Shown: positions 38,006-51,615 of the stretch, one piece after another
Position numbering within the stretch: position 1 is the first letter of the stretch
How the letters are laid out: each line of letters begins with the position of its first letter
Assembly (NCBI GenBank): GCA_028534125.1
Contig: CM052816.1
Location: forward strand, 68,512,001 to 68,576,000
Source of the DNA: Lama glama
Lineage: Eukaryota
DNA: 64,000 nucleotides
Direction of reading: 5' to 3'
Notes under the pieces: generated by a model
Seen by the model: only the letters and a program-made list of their open reading frames with translations
Database searches by the model: none
What the model was told of the DNA's origin: nothing
Program-made: the position numbers and the translations under genes

Positions 38006-41000
38006 TTGTCACAAATGGCAATATTTCATCTTTTTTATGGCTGAGTAGTGTTCCATTGTATGTATATCCCACATCTTCTTTAACCATTCATCTATTGATG
38101 TGCAGTTAGGTTGTTTCTGTATCTTGGCTTTTGTAAATAATGCTACTATGAACATTGGGGTGCTTATATCTTTTTTAATTTGTGTTTTTGTTTTCTTTGG
38201 ATAAATGCCAAGTAGTGGGATAGCTGGATCATATGGTACTTCCATTCTTAACTTTTTGAGGACTCTTACTGTTTTCCATAGTGGCTGCACCAATTTATAT
38301 TACCACCAACAGTGTATGAGGGTTTACTTATATCCACAGCCTCACCAATGCTTATTATTTCTTGCCTTTTTGATAATAACCATTGTAATGGACATACAGT
38401 GATGTCTCATTTGGGGTTTGACTTGAATTTCCCTAATAATTAGTGATTTTGAACATCTTTTTATGTGTCTGTTGGCCACCTATATGTATTCTTTTTAAAG
38501 TGTTCAGCTCCTCAGCCCACTTTTAATTGTGCTGTTTTGTTGTTGTTGTTGAGTTATAAGAGTTCTTTATATTTTGCATATTAACCCCTTATCAGACATA
38601 TGATATGCAAATATCTTCTTTCATTTGTTACGTTGTCTTTTCAACTTGTTGATGGTTTTCTTTGTTGTACAGAAGCTTTTTAGTTTGATGTAGTCCCATT
38701 TGTTTCCCTTACCTGCAGGGACATATCTGCTAAGCCTGTTGTCAAAAAGTGTACTGCCTATGTTTTCTTCTAGGAGTTTTATGCTTTCAGGTCTTACATT
38801 CAGTCTAATCCATTTTGACTTGATTTTTGTGTATGGTGTGAAATAGTAACCTAGTTTGTTTTATTTATTTATTTGTTTGTTTGTTTGTTTCTAGTGGTTG
38901 TCCAGTTTTCCAACACCATTTATTGAAGAAACTATCCTTTCTTCACTGTATGTTCTTTGCTCCTTTGTCGCATATTGTCCATATATATAAATGTGGGTTT
39001 ATTTCTGGGCTTTCAATTCTGTTCCATTGATCTATGCATTTTTCTACCAACGCCATGCTGTTTTTGATTACTATGACTTTGTAATATAGTTTGAAATCAG
39101 AGAGTGTGATACCTCCACCTTTGTTCTTTTTTCTTAGGATTTCTTTGGTTGTTGGAGTCCTTTGTGCTTCCATATGAATTTTAGATTTTTGTTGTTATTG
39201 TTTTATTATATTTTTGTGAGAAGTGTCCTTGGGATTTTGATAGGGATTGCATTGAATTTGTAGATTGCTTTAGGTATTATGAACATTTTAATAATGTTAA
39301 TTCTTCCAATCTATGATCACAGAATATCTTTCCATTTATTTGTGTCTTCTTTAATTTTTTAAGTGATGTCTTATAGTTTTCAGTGTTCAGGTCTTTCAAC
39401 TCCTTGGTTAAATTTATTGTTAGATATTTTATTCTTTCTGTAGCAATTATAAATGGAATTGTTTGCTTAATTTCTCTTTCCAGTAGTTCATTGTTAGTGT
39501 ATGGGAAGACAACAGATTCCTGTGTATTAATTTTTTATCTTGTGACTTTACTGAATGCATTGATGAGTTCTAATAGTTTTTGGTGGTGTCTTTAGGATTT
39601 TCTCTATATAAAATCACATCATCTGCAAACCATTACAGTTTTACTTCTTCCTTTCCAGTTTGGATTCTTTTTATTTCTTTTTCTTGCTAATTGCTCTGGA
39701 TAGGACTTCCAATACTATGTTGAATAAGAATGGTGAGAGTGGGCATCCTTGTCTTGCTCTTGATTTTACAGGATAGCTTTCAGTTTTTCACCACTGAGTA
39801 TGATGTTAGCTGCTGGGTTTGTCATATGTCGCCTTTATTATATTGAGGTACATTCCTTCTGTACCCACTTTATTGAGGGTTTTTATCATAAATGGGTATT
39901 GAATCTATCAAATGCTTTTTCTGCATTTGTTGAGATGACCATATGGATTTTATCCTTCATTTTGTTAATGTGGTATATCACATTGATTGATTTGCCAGTA
40001 TTAAACCATCCTTGCATCCTTGGAATAAATCCCACCTGATCATGGTGTATGTTCCTTTTCATGTATTATTGTGTTTGGTTTGCTAATATTTTGTTGAGGA
40101 CTTTTGCATCCATGATCATCAGAGATTCTGGCTTGTAATTTTTTTTTTTATGTTGTCTTCGTCTAGTTTTGGTATCAGAGTGATATTGGCCCTGTAAAAT
40201 AAGTTAGGAAGCATTTCCTTGTCTTCAGTATTTTGAAAGAATTTGAGAAGGATAGGTATTAAATCTTTGAATGTTTGATAGAATTCACCTGTAAAGCCAT
40301 CTGGTCCTGGACTTTTTGTCTTTTTTTTTTGGAAGCTTTTTGATACTGTTTCAATCTCTGTACTAGTGACTGGTTTTTCCAAATTTTCTATTTCTTCATG
40401 ATTCAGTCTTGGAAGATTGTGTGATTCTTCTAAGAACTGATCCCTTCTAGGTTGACCAATTTGTTGGTGTATGGCTTTTCATAATATTCTCTTATAATTG
40501 TTTTTATTTTTATGATATGTGTTGTTATTTCTCCTCTTTCATTTGTAATTTTATTTCTCAGAACCTTTTTTTCTCACCAAGTCTAACTAAAAGTTTGTCT
40601 ATTTCATGTTTTCAAAGAACCAGCTCTTAGCTTCACTAATCTTTTCTATTGTTTTTTTTAGTCTATTTCACTTATTTCTGCTCTGATCTTTATTATTTCC
40701 TTCTACTGACTTTGGGTTTTGTTTGTTCCTATTTTTCTAGTTCCTTTAGGTGTAAAGTTAGATTGTTTAGTTGGATTTTTCTTGTTACTTGAGGTAGCTC
40801 TATATTGCTATAAACTTCCCTCTTAGTACCGCATTTGCTGCATCCCGAAGATTTTGATATAATATATTTTCATTTTCATTTGTCTTCAGATAATTTTTGA
40901 TTTCTCCTTTGATTTCCTCTTTGACCCAGTAGTTGTTCAGTAGCATGTTGTTCAGTCTCCACAAATTTGTATTTTTTCATCTTTCTTTATATAGTTGGTT

Positions 41001-43012
41001 TCTAGTTTCATACCATGATGACTGGAAAACATGATGGACATAATTTCAATCTTAGATTTATTGAGACTTATTTTGTGTCCCAACGTAAGTTCTATCATTG
41101 AGAAAGTTCCATGTGCACTTGAGAAGAATGTATATTCTGCAGCATTTGGATGGAATGTTCTTTACAAATCTATCAAATCCATCTGGTCTAATGTTTCATT
41201 TGAGGCCACTGTTTCCCTCTTGACTTTCTGTCTGAATGATCTATCCCCTGTTGTAAGTGTAGTGTTAAAGTACTTATTGTCATTGTGTTGCTCTCAATTT
41301 CTCCCTTTAGGTCAGTTAATCATTGCTTTACATATTTTAATGCTCCTATGTTAGGTACATATGCATTAATAACTGTAATGTCTTCTTGACAAATTGTTCC
41401 ATCCAGCCACATTGAGTCTTTTGATTGGTGAATTCAGTCAGTTTATATTTAGGTTATTATTGACAGATGAGGACTTAGTACTGCCATTTATCTTTTGTTT
41501 TCTGGTTGTTCTATATCTCTATTGTTTCTTTTTTCCTTGTGTTTCTGTCTGCCATTCTGTTTTGGTGGTATTCTATGATGTTTTTCTCAGTTTCATCATG
41601 TTTTATGTGTCGTGTGTCTGCTCTTGATTTATATTTTGTGGTTACCATGGCATTTTAGTGTAATGTGTCTTGGAGAAGTTATTTTTGCATTGAGGTAATT
41701 AGATGTTCTCAGCTTTATGGACCAAGCTTGGGAATTTTGCAGCTATTATATCTTTAAATAAACTTTCTGTTCCCTTCTTTCTCTCTTCTAGGATACCCAT
41801 TACCCTAATGTTGCCCTTCCTGAAAGAATCAGATAGCTCTTGTAGGATTTCCTCATTTTTAAAATATCTTTTGTCTCTTTCCTCTTCTACTTGTATCATT
41901 TTGAGATTTCTAGCTTTGAGCTTGCTAATTCTTCCGTTTGATCTGCTCTATTTCCAGTGCTTTCTAATTTATTCTTCATCTCATTTTTTGAGTTCTTCAA
42001 CTCTAGAATTTGTTTTGTTCTTTTTGTAGAGTTTCATTCTCTTTGTTAAAATATTCCTTCTGTTCGTTAATTTTATTCCTGAGCTCCTTGAAACTGCCTT
42101 TCTGAGTTTTTCTTGCAGCTTGTCAAGTTTCTTCATGTGATCTATTCTGAATTTTCTATCAATTGGTTAACAATATTCCTAGACTTTAAGTTTGGTTTCT
42201 GGAGACTTGTCATTTTCTTACTGTAGTGCAGTGTTACTGTGGCTTTTCATGGTGCTTGATGAGTTATTCCTCTGCAGGCCCATTTGAAGTGACAAGCATC
42301 TTTTTGTTTGATTCTAACGTGTTCAACAGATTAAAATTTTGAGGCCTTTTGTTTTCCAGTAGGTGGCACTATAGCACAAGCTTTTAGTTTCTCTTATCTG
42401 AGCTGCCACTGCTTATATTTGAGAGTCTAAACTTTCCACCCTCCATCGCCTCTGTTAGAGAAGTTGTCCTGGGCCCTCATTATTGTTTCTTGTGCCTCCA
42501 GGTGCCTTGGTTGTTTGTGCCTTGTTTCTGCCACTGTCACTGGCATCACCACCTTGTATACTGCAATGGGCTCTTCCTTTACATCCAGTGTCCCTTGTTC
42601 TTCAAGGGGAGGGAGCAGAGATCTGGGAGGAGCGGGGATTTTGCTGGTTCTTCTGCTGTATTGTAAGTTTCTCCGGTTCTGCCTCCGTGGCCACAGAGAC
42701 TGCTGCAGTAGAAGTCATGTGCCCTGCCTCCCCTGTTGCTACTAGGTTCTCTGGCACTGTGATCTCAGCTGCTGCAGCCAGAGGGCTAGGATTACAGGCA
42801 CCACCTTTGCTCTTGCCTTGGTTCCCCCTCCTTCATTGCCCCCTCCTTTATGTATTCCAGTCCACCCACTCTTAGATGTACAGATGTGTGGAATTCTCCA
42901 GCATGTACTGGGCAGGGGCACCTTTGTTGTGTTGAGGATGTTTTACTGGTTGTAGATTGAAGGGGAGAGATAAAGGTAGCTTTTCACTCCACCATGTTGC
43001 TAATGTCCTCTC
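38006..43012 (-). mobile_element. Internally deleted, near full-length L1 retaining 5'UTR, ORF1 remnant and most of ORF2, antisense to SLC38A9
   Basis: Minus frames KSPGPDGFTGEFYQTFK (ORF2), [21 protein letters not shown] (ORF2) and LQELSDSFRKGNIRVMGI (ORF1). GC-richer 5'UTR at 42350-43012 starts GACATTAGCAACATGGTGGAGT. Confidence 0.92.
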
Positions 43013-44101
43013 TTCAACTTTAAACACATCCATTGAGTTTTCCATTTTGGTTATTGTATTTTGTTTTAGTATTTATTTTGGTGTAAACATTCCCTCTGGT
43101 CCTTTTCAAACATGCTAAGTTATTTTTAAAAAATGTCCACCTTTTCCTTTATTTAAACATAGGAAGCATTATTGTTTTGTGATTTTATTCTGATAATGCC
43201 TATAGTTGAAGCCTTTGGGGATCTATTTCTACTGTTTCTTTTGGTTCTGATAGTACTTTATTTCTTTATATGCTAGGTTATTTTTGTGTACTGTTCCTTA
43301 TTCTTGAAAGATTGTTAGCAAGTCTTTTTTTGAGGCTTAGGATGAAACTTTTCTGTGTCCTCATAGATAAGATTTATATTTGCTTCTGCCACTTATCTGG
43401 AAGCTCTACCAAGCAAGTTAACCTGAAATTACATTTACAACTTTAAGTGTTCTTTGACCACCTTGCATCCACATGAGGTGCAGTTTGTGGTATATAATAT
43501 TTCCTCCTACATACACACACACATACAGAGGCTGTGGTCAGTGTCAAGAAAACTTGTTTGTCGTTCCCTTGTGAGGGATGAGGCACTTTTACCTGTGAAC
43601 TCCTAATCTTATGGTAAAGCTCTTTGTACTCCCAGCTGTGTTATGGGAAGCAGGGAGAGGGGATGATTTCTTCCTACAATCATTCCTTATTTTGGGTGAA
43701 TCCTGGGTTGTCTTCTGTTTCCCTAATACTTCATGAGGCCTTGAAAATCTCAGCCCAGTTGCTCCTAGCACAGCAAATACCCTTAGAGCAGAAGCAACTT
43801 CCTTGAGCTATTTACTTTGTAGGCTCCTCAACTTCACCTACAAATGGCCTGATTTTCCTTACTGTTTTCAAAAAGGTATTTTTCATAAAAATATATTTTT
43901 TAAAGATACTTTTCAAAAAGATATTTTTATATTTTATCCAGTATTTTTAGTTGTTTTCTGCAGGTAAGTGGATCCAAATAGTCTAATCTGTTTGTATTAT
44001 TGAAAATGAACTGCTCTATTTCTTTTTTATTCAGCTGAAAAATAAGTAGTAACTCCATTTCAACTTAGCAAGTTTGTCATAATATAAATATTTTAGGCAT
44101 A

Positions 44102-44957
44102 AAATCAAAACTATAATGAAGTATCATTTCCCAGCAGTCAGAATGTCTCCCATCATCAAAAAGCCTACAAATAATGAATGATGGAGAGGGTATTTAGAAA
44201 AAGGAACTCTCCTACACTGTTGGTGGTAATGCAAATTGATGTAGCCATAATGGAGAATAGTATGGAGGGTCCTTAAAAAACCAAAAAATAGACTTACCGT
44301 TTGTCCCAGCAATCCTTCTTCTGGGCATATATCTGAGAAACTCTAATTTGAGAAGATGCATCACCCCAGTGTTCATAACACCATTTACGATAGCCAAGAC
44401 ATGGAAGCAACCTAAATGTCCATTGACAGATGGACATTTGATATGGATGAATGGATAAAGAAATTATGGTGTGTATATGTACAGTGGAATACTACTCAGC
44501 CATAAAAAGAAACAAAATAATGTCATTTTGCAGCAACATGGATAGACTGAGAGATTATTATACTGAGGGAAGTCAGTCAGGGAAAGACAAATATCATATG
44601 ATATCACTTATATGTGGAATCTAAAAAAAAATACAAATGAACTTATTTACAAAACAGAAAAAGACTCACAGACATAGAAAACAAACTTATGGTTACCAGA
44701 GGGGAAAGGTGGGAGGGAGGGATAAATTGGGAGTTTGGGATTGGCAGATACAAATTACTATGTTATGTACTATGTACAGAAAAGATAAACAACAAAGTCC
44801 TACTGTATAGAACAGCCAACTATATTCAATGGCTTGTAGTAACCTGTGAAAAAGAATATGTATATATTTGTATAACTGAATCACTATGCTATATACCAGA
44901 AACTAATACAACATTGTAAATCAACTATGTACTTCAATTTTAAAAAATGGGAAAAAG
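44102..44957 (+). mobile_element. L1 3' part, sense to SLC38A9, with 14-bp TSD
   Basis: TSD ATATTTTAGGCATA at 44088-44101 and 44958-44971. L1 ORF2 end and 3'UTR motifs. Confidence 0.92.
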
Positions 44958-45138
44958 ATATTTTAGGCATATATCTCATTAAGATATCTTCAGCAAATTC
45001 CTATATTTTTCCAATTTCTTATGCATGCAAATGTATTACCTATTAATAGAAAAATAATTTTTAAAGTAAACTTTAAATTATTTCTCTTTTCTGATTTATT
45101 ATAGGACTGACTTCTTCAGTGCTTAGAGTCTGAGAAAA

Positions 45139-45251
45139 ATGGCAAATATGGATAGTGATTCTAGGCATCTTCTCATCCCTGAGGTAAATCATGAAATAAA
45201 CCCTGGACCTATGAATATCCAGTTTGATTCATCAGATCTAAGATCCAAAAG
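45139..45251 (+). CDS. SLC38A9: SLC38A9 first coding exon (exon spans 45105-45251): lysosomal amino acid transporter / mTORC1 arginine sensor N-terminus [37 protein letters not shown](R)
   Basis: Pyrimidine tract plus ATAG| at 45104, 34 nt of UTR, ATG at 45139, 113 coding nt, donor AG|GTAAGT at 45252. Peptide matches the recalled SLC38A9 N-terminus (MANM.SDSRHL...[15 protein letters not shown]). Confidence 0.96.
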
Positions 45252-46956
45252 GTAAGTGTTTAAAATAAAATACTTCATAATTAAGGTTTTTAAGATAGAA
45301 CTAATTATAACTAAACATACATAGATTTGATTATAAAATATCCAGTTTCTTGTGGGATCTATATATTTGTATGTGGGAGGGAATAAATATGAATATTTCT
45401 TCATTTATTGTTGACTTCTTTGACTAAACATCTCTGTCAGGGGTGGTTGGGGCAAGTTTTGTGAAGTAAGATACATTCGTATAATTCATTTAACAAATAT
45501 ATATTGATCATCTGCTTTGTGCAAGGTAATATGGAAAGTGCTGGGGATAGAACAGTAAAAGTAACATGGTAAAAAATAATATACAATGCTTAATCAAAAT
45601 GGAGCAAGTCTCAGCTTATTTTGTTAAGTGAAAAAACTGAAGTGCAGAGCAGTGTGTATAGTGTACCACCATTTTGATTAAAAAAATCAACAAGTTATAT
45701 ATAAAATATAAATATGTATAAATGACTCTGAGGGAATAAATAAACTGTAAGAATGATTGCCTCCTCAGAAGGAACCTGAGTGCTTGAATTGAGAGGTGTG
45801 GCAGATATTGTTAGGTAAATACCCATATAGTCAACAACCCCACCTATTTGTTGCCAGCAGCATCCTAATTTTGTTAAGAGTTCGAAGTAGTTTCTGGTTC
45901 AGGAGATGAAGGAGTGTTGCTTTAAGCTAGTCTTGATAATCCTGTTTCCATTTTCCAGATACTTAATTTTTTAGTCTATTTTGCAGCTAGAGGTGGCGAT
46001 GTGAAATTTATCACATGAGAGATTTATCACTGTCATTTAAAGTGGGCATCAGAGAAGATAATGAAATGAATCCTGTAATTTTCACTTGTTTATTCCAACA
46101 TCAGTGAATACAAGAACTAATGAATGCTGATTAAATGCTCAGGGTTTTCCTGAACCCTCTAAATTCTATGATAAATAATTGACCACTATGACAATAGAAC
46201 ATAGGACAGTAAAGTGCATTCCATTGCAATCAGTTGGCAGGAGCTCAAACAGTTCTCTGAAAATCTGTTTAACTGTGTAGATTAAATGGAAATGTATTTT
46301 CTGTAATGAAATTTGTCAAAATAAGAGGGAATCAACTATTTACAATCATGGGATTACTATCTAGGTAAGCATGTTTAAGCAAGGCAGATATTTACAGAGA
46401 TTTAGCAGTTTTGAATGCTAATTTGTTTGCGAAATACATTTTAGCAAGTATTTGATGAGGAAACAATAGGATTACCTTAAAACATTGTTATTTCTACTGA
46501 AATGTGGGTTATTTCACTTTATATATGCAAATAAAACTCAGACACATTGAGGGAATGTGTCTTTGATTAGAAGAGCCAGCTTAGACAACTATTTCCCAAA
46601 CCTCAGCCATTTTAGAGTCACCGTATAACTTTGGTAAAATCCTATTACCACCTGTATATTATTGTAATTTAATATATGTTTCTAAAATTTATTAACTTTT
46701 AAAAATTAGGGTTAGTTTAACCTTTACTTCACATTTTTGTGAAATAATGGATTTGAAGTATTATTTACACTTTTTTCTCATATACATTGCAGTAAATACT
46801 AAGTAGTGAAAATAGCATTCATCCTTTTGCTACCTAAAATCGTCTTACAGATAACCACACTTTCAGAAACTATCTTCAGCTGTCAGAGTATAGAAAACAA
46901 TATTTAATACTTTTAGATTGAGTATCCTGTTTAGCTTGTGGTTAATTCTGTCTCTT

Positions 46957-46969
46957 CCACTAGGTGGCA
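46957..46969 (+). promoter_or_regulatory. Candidate CTCF site
   Basis: CCACTAGGTGGCA matches the CTCF core consensus, in apparently unique intronic sequence. Confidence 0.5.
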
Positions 46970-48963
46970 ATCAAAATCATGTATCAGTTCAGATACAAGA
47001 ATTTTAAGAACTACTTTGGACTGAAAAGATAGTGTGTTGGATCTGCTTATCATTTTCATGGGACTGGAGTCTAATTAGACTTAGGCAGAGGAAGGAACTT
47101 GTCACTGTAGAGTAAGGATGCATGTCATAATCATTTGGATCATTTGGGGAACTTTTGCAGACTACACAAATCTACTTTTCTCTCTTCGTACCTCCCCTCC
47201 CCTCCCACATTTGTTTTCCACCTGGTTTGGGGTGGAGTGAAGAATGTGGGTGGAGGGACAGAAAGGTTTAAAAATCTGCTGTACTGTATTTGATATATTC
47301 CACTGGCAATTACTGGTCTTAGAGATTGTTTTTCTGCTGTTTCCAGACTTTCTGGTAACCAAAGATTAGACCTGGTATTCAGGATTGCATCATGCTCTGC
47401 TGCTGCTCTGGGATTATGCCCTTTGGGAGTTGACCATTCCAGCCAGCCTGAAACCAAATTATGAAGTGGTTTATTTGGTTTTGAAATTCCCATTTTCAGT
47501 TTTCTCAAACTCTTGTTTCCTCTTCCATTTTCCCAGGACCTAAGTCTTTCATGCCCCTCTCTCTGTGCTCTTCCTAAGGGAATTCACTCAAAAGTTCCCT
47601 GTAGATAGTGCTTTGTAAACCATACTTTCTCTTCTTCCCCTTATTCACCAGTGCTTATCTCTCCTATTCTTGTAGGGCTCTGTTGTCTGTTTAGTGTTAT
47701 AATGGCAAACAATCTGAGGTATCAAAGACCTAGTCTATTACTTTTCCTTGGCTATTTGCATTTTAATATGGAGAATTCTAGAAATATAAAAGCCTAACCT
47801 AAAGGTTAGATTTTTCTAATTGATAACATTTCAAGAGCTCTGGTAAGCCAGTGGGGTAGAGGTAAACACATTTAAAACAGGCAGCTTTCCTGGTGCCCTT
47901 CAAACGTACTAAGCATGCTTATGGACCCTGGCTTTTTAGAATGTCTATTTGTCTGCACATCTGTAACTGACCTCTCTCACTTTCATCTGTCAATAATATT
48001 ATCACTGAACAGCAGCCCAAAGTGACTCTTTTTGGTACTTGTAGTCCTAGGAGAGAGAGGGCTAACAAAGTGAAGAATTTATTTATTAATGTGTCCTGGA
48101 CCAGTAACAGTGATTGGAAGTGTATTGAGTCTTGGTAGTTTCATAGTTTCATATATAGATAGACAACAAAAGATAGAAAAGTAGTTTTCCCAGGAGTGTT
48201 GGTTTCCAGAGCTGCATAAATTACATTTTGAGGAGCTTGCCATCCATGTTAAATAGATGGGACCAGGGCCTTGACCATTTATCAGTGCCCTGGAGCTGAT
48301 GGGCAAGCTGCTGATAGTACGACTACTTCTGTACCCTTCCCTCTTTTCCTTCCTTTTCTTCCTACTCTCTTCTCTCACCATTTTTCTCTCCCTTTTTAGT
48401 CCACTTCATTCACTTCTCATCTCCCCACCATTATTTTTCCCCAGGGGGACTCTTTTTGCTAAGTGCTTAAAGAGGACAATCCTGGCCATAGAGTTAGAGA
48501 TGCATTAAATCTAAATATGGACTTTGTTAGAATGAGATCTTATTTCTAATCTAATCAGAATCTTTTTATTCTCTCAAATTCTAGGTTCTTTTACTTCTAC
48601 CTCCCTTTCCAAATATCTTTCTTTGCTTAACTATCCTCTTGTACCAATATCTGCTTGCCTAAGTTGTTTCCATTTTCTTTCCTTAGATCTGTCTGTTCTA
48701 TTTGGTTTTGCTGTTTCTTTCATTGCCTATAAACTAGCTGTGCTTTGTTTTCTTCCCTTTCTTTCTCCCTCATTAAGATTATTTGTAGAAGCCTAAATAA
48801 GGAAGGAGCCTAATGGGGTTTGACTGGTGCTCATTAGGGCCAATCAGGTGTATTTTGTTGGGAGGAAAGGCTGTAAAGAATGGGGCTAACATCTTTTTCT
48901 GTCTACTCAGTTCTACTTAGTATTTTAATGTCTCTAAGTATATAGTCAAAAAAAGTTTTAGTG

Positions 48964-49409
48964 TGTCAACCAAAAAAATAATGCAGAAGGCTGCAAATAA
49001 GAAAAGAGTTTATTTGGGGGTCTTAAAAATTGCAATTCGGGAGACACAAGTTCAGAATACCCCGAAAGAGTGTTCTGAGGAAGAGAAAGAATCAGGGGCT
49101 TATAAAGACAGAAAGCCATTGTTGTTAAAAGTTGCCTGGAAAGAATTGTGATTTGTCCTTAAGGAATCACAAGTTGATTTAGGATAGGAGTCCTATAAGT
49201 AGATAGACTGTCACTAGTTATTTTAGAGTAAGGGTCCAGTAAGGATCTTGAGTTTCTGGCAGATGTTCTGGATGACTTGCCTACCATGTCAAAGGTCAGA
49301 CTCCATCCAGGCTGAGACATGCATAGGCCATATTTCTTTAATGGCTTCCCAGCACCACTTTGGAGAGTTCTCTTAGTAATACCAACTCCATTTTGATTTT
49401 CTTTTCACA
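48964..49409 (-). mobile_element. Solo LTR, ERV1-like
   Basis: TGTCAACC...CTTTTCACA termini. Minus strand starts TGTGAAAAGAAAATCAAAATGGAG and has AATAAA near 49010. TSD not clean. Confidence 0.72.
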
Positions 49410-50437
49410 GATGCAATAGTATAATTACTGCAAAAACAACGAAACTAATTGCAAGTGTACAACAAGGGAATTGAAACTCCTTTTGAAAAACAGACTTCAA
49501 CCCAAATATTTTTAAATTATGGAGGCACATGAAATTCAGGGATCTTGTTAAAAGCCTAGTGGATGACTGTAGCCCGAAAATAAGGAATTGATGTTGTAAC
49601 AATAACATATTGATATATTGAAATTATGTGTCTTTGGCTTGCCTGTTACTTTTTAGTCTTAGTCTGAAATTGACTCCAAAAGTCTACTACATAATTTTTC
49701 TATGGCTTCTTGTTTTAAGATTTATTCTTGCAATCTATTCTCTATTCCTTTCTCACAAGATACGGTTTCCGAGATCTTTTAAATATTAGAAAAATGAATG
49801 CCTCAACATTTCAAGTTAGGAAATATGCTTTCTTGCAAAGTAACATAGGAAATTACTTTGGTGCTATATTTATTAAAAAAAAAAAAAAAGGCCCGACTCG
49901 TTTGCAGCATCATACTTCTTCATTTTTTCTATTTCAATTAGTTTGTAATTGAACTTTAATTGTCTTGGCATGTTATCATTACTTCAGTTAAGATTATTTC
50001 TCTCTTTCATCAAATTTATATCTGATTTGTTATTATTTATTCCAACACTAGTTTTTATGTCTTCTAATACCTCTGATTTTTTATTTTCTTATATTTCATC
50101 TGTAGAAGAGCTTCTAATCTTCTCTTAAATTCTGGCTTGTTTATTATAAATTGATACAGGCACTGGTCTTCATATCTTTAAGTGTAGTTGTGCCCAAGCA
50201 CTTGCATATTAAAATTTATATTAATTTATTTTGTTACTTTTATTTTGTTTCTCCTTCATTATAGTTAGAGAATTGTTTTTATTTTTATATAGATACATAT
50301 TTTCTACTTTATTTATTTCAACTTTATTGAGGTAAAATTGATCTATTTTAATTTACTAAATTTGGATGTTAATTCCTTAAAAAGAGGGCTTGGTCTTTAA
50401 ACATTGCTAGTGAGATTAAAGCATGGTATGGCCACTT

Positions 50438-51017
50438 CTTTTTCCTTCCAGTCTTACTGAGAATAATTGACATCCAGCACTGTGTAAGTTTAAGGTGTAC
50501 ACCATAATGATTTGACTTAATAAATCATGAAATGTTTATCACAAAAAGTTTATTGAACATCCTTTATCTCATATAGATAAAAATTTTTAAAATAGAAAAA
50601 AAAATTTTCTTGTGATGAGAACTCCTAGGACTTACTCTCTTAACAACTTTCAGATATAATATACAGCAGTGTTAATTGTATTATCATGTTGTACATTACA
50701 TCCCAAGTACTTATTTATCTTACAACTGGACGTTTGTATCTTTTGACTGCCTTCATCCATTCCCCTGCCACTGCCCTGCCAGCCTGGTGTAACTGCAAAT
50801 CCAGTCTGTCTTTCTGTGAATTTATTTGTTTTTGAAGTATAACTTACCTACAGCCCAATGTTAGTTCCTGTTACACAACATAGTAATTTGATATTTCTAT
50901 GCATTTCAAAATGATCATCGTGATAAGTTTGGTTATGGTCTGTCACCATGCAAAGATACTGTTATTGACTATATTTCCCATACTGTTCATTTCATAACCC
51001 ATGGCTCCTTTTGCAAC
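50438..51017 (-). mobile_element. L1 3'UTR insertion nested in an older plus-strand L1
   Basis: CACTGTGTAAGTTTAAGGTGTAC...ATCATGTTGTACATTACATCCC. Degenerate TSD TGGTAT(GG/AA)CCACTT at 50424-50437 and 51018-51031. Confidence 0.8.
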
Positions 51018-51031
51018 TGGTATAACCACTT

Positions 51032-51615
51032 TTAAAAACCAGTTTGACAACTAGAATTGTTAAATATAGAGTTACCATCATGACCTAACAGTTCCACTCC
51101 TACATATATACCCAAGAGAATTGAAAACATGTCTACACAAATACTTACAAACAAATGGTCATAACATTAGTAATAGCCAAAAGTGGAAACAATCTAAATT
51201 TCCATCAGTTGATGTACGCATAAACCAAATGTGATATGTTCATACAATTGAATATTATTTGACCATAAAAAAGGGTTAAAGTATCAATATATGCTACAAT
51301 TTGTATGAACCGTGAAACACGCTGTGTAAAAAGCCACAGGAAAAAGGACACATATTGTATGATTCAGTTTATATGAACTGTCTAAATTAGGTAAAGTCAT
51401 AGAGAGAAAGCAGATTAACAGTTGCCAGGAGCTGACGAGAGGGGAGAGTAGAATCTGGGATTGCTCTGAGGAGTGATGAAAATGTTCTAATTGATTATGA
51501 TGATGGAGGCACAATTCTAAACTATTAATTAAAAACTATTGAATGTTACACTTCAAAGGGTAAATTTTATGGTATGTGAATTAATATCTTAATAAATCTA
51601 TTATTTAAAAAAAAG
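51032..51615 (+). mobile_element. L1MB/ME-type 3' end
   Basis: GTTCCACTCCTACATATATACCCAAGAGAATTGAAAAC...GGGTAAATTTTATGGTATGTGAATT..AATAAA plus A tail. Confidence 0.8.

Noticed and set aside
38009..42875. L1 ORF1/ORF2-like peptides as an active retrotransposon
   Set aside because: Fragmented by many stops, frameshifts and deletions; not coding-competent.
47140..47508. 122-aa minus-strand ORF in the SLC38A9 intron
   Set aside because: Non-ATG start, no recognisable domain and no supporting exon structure.
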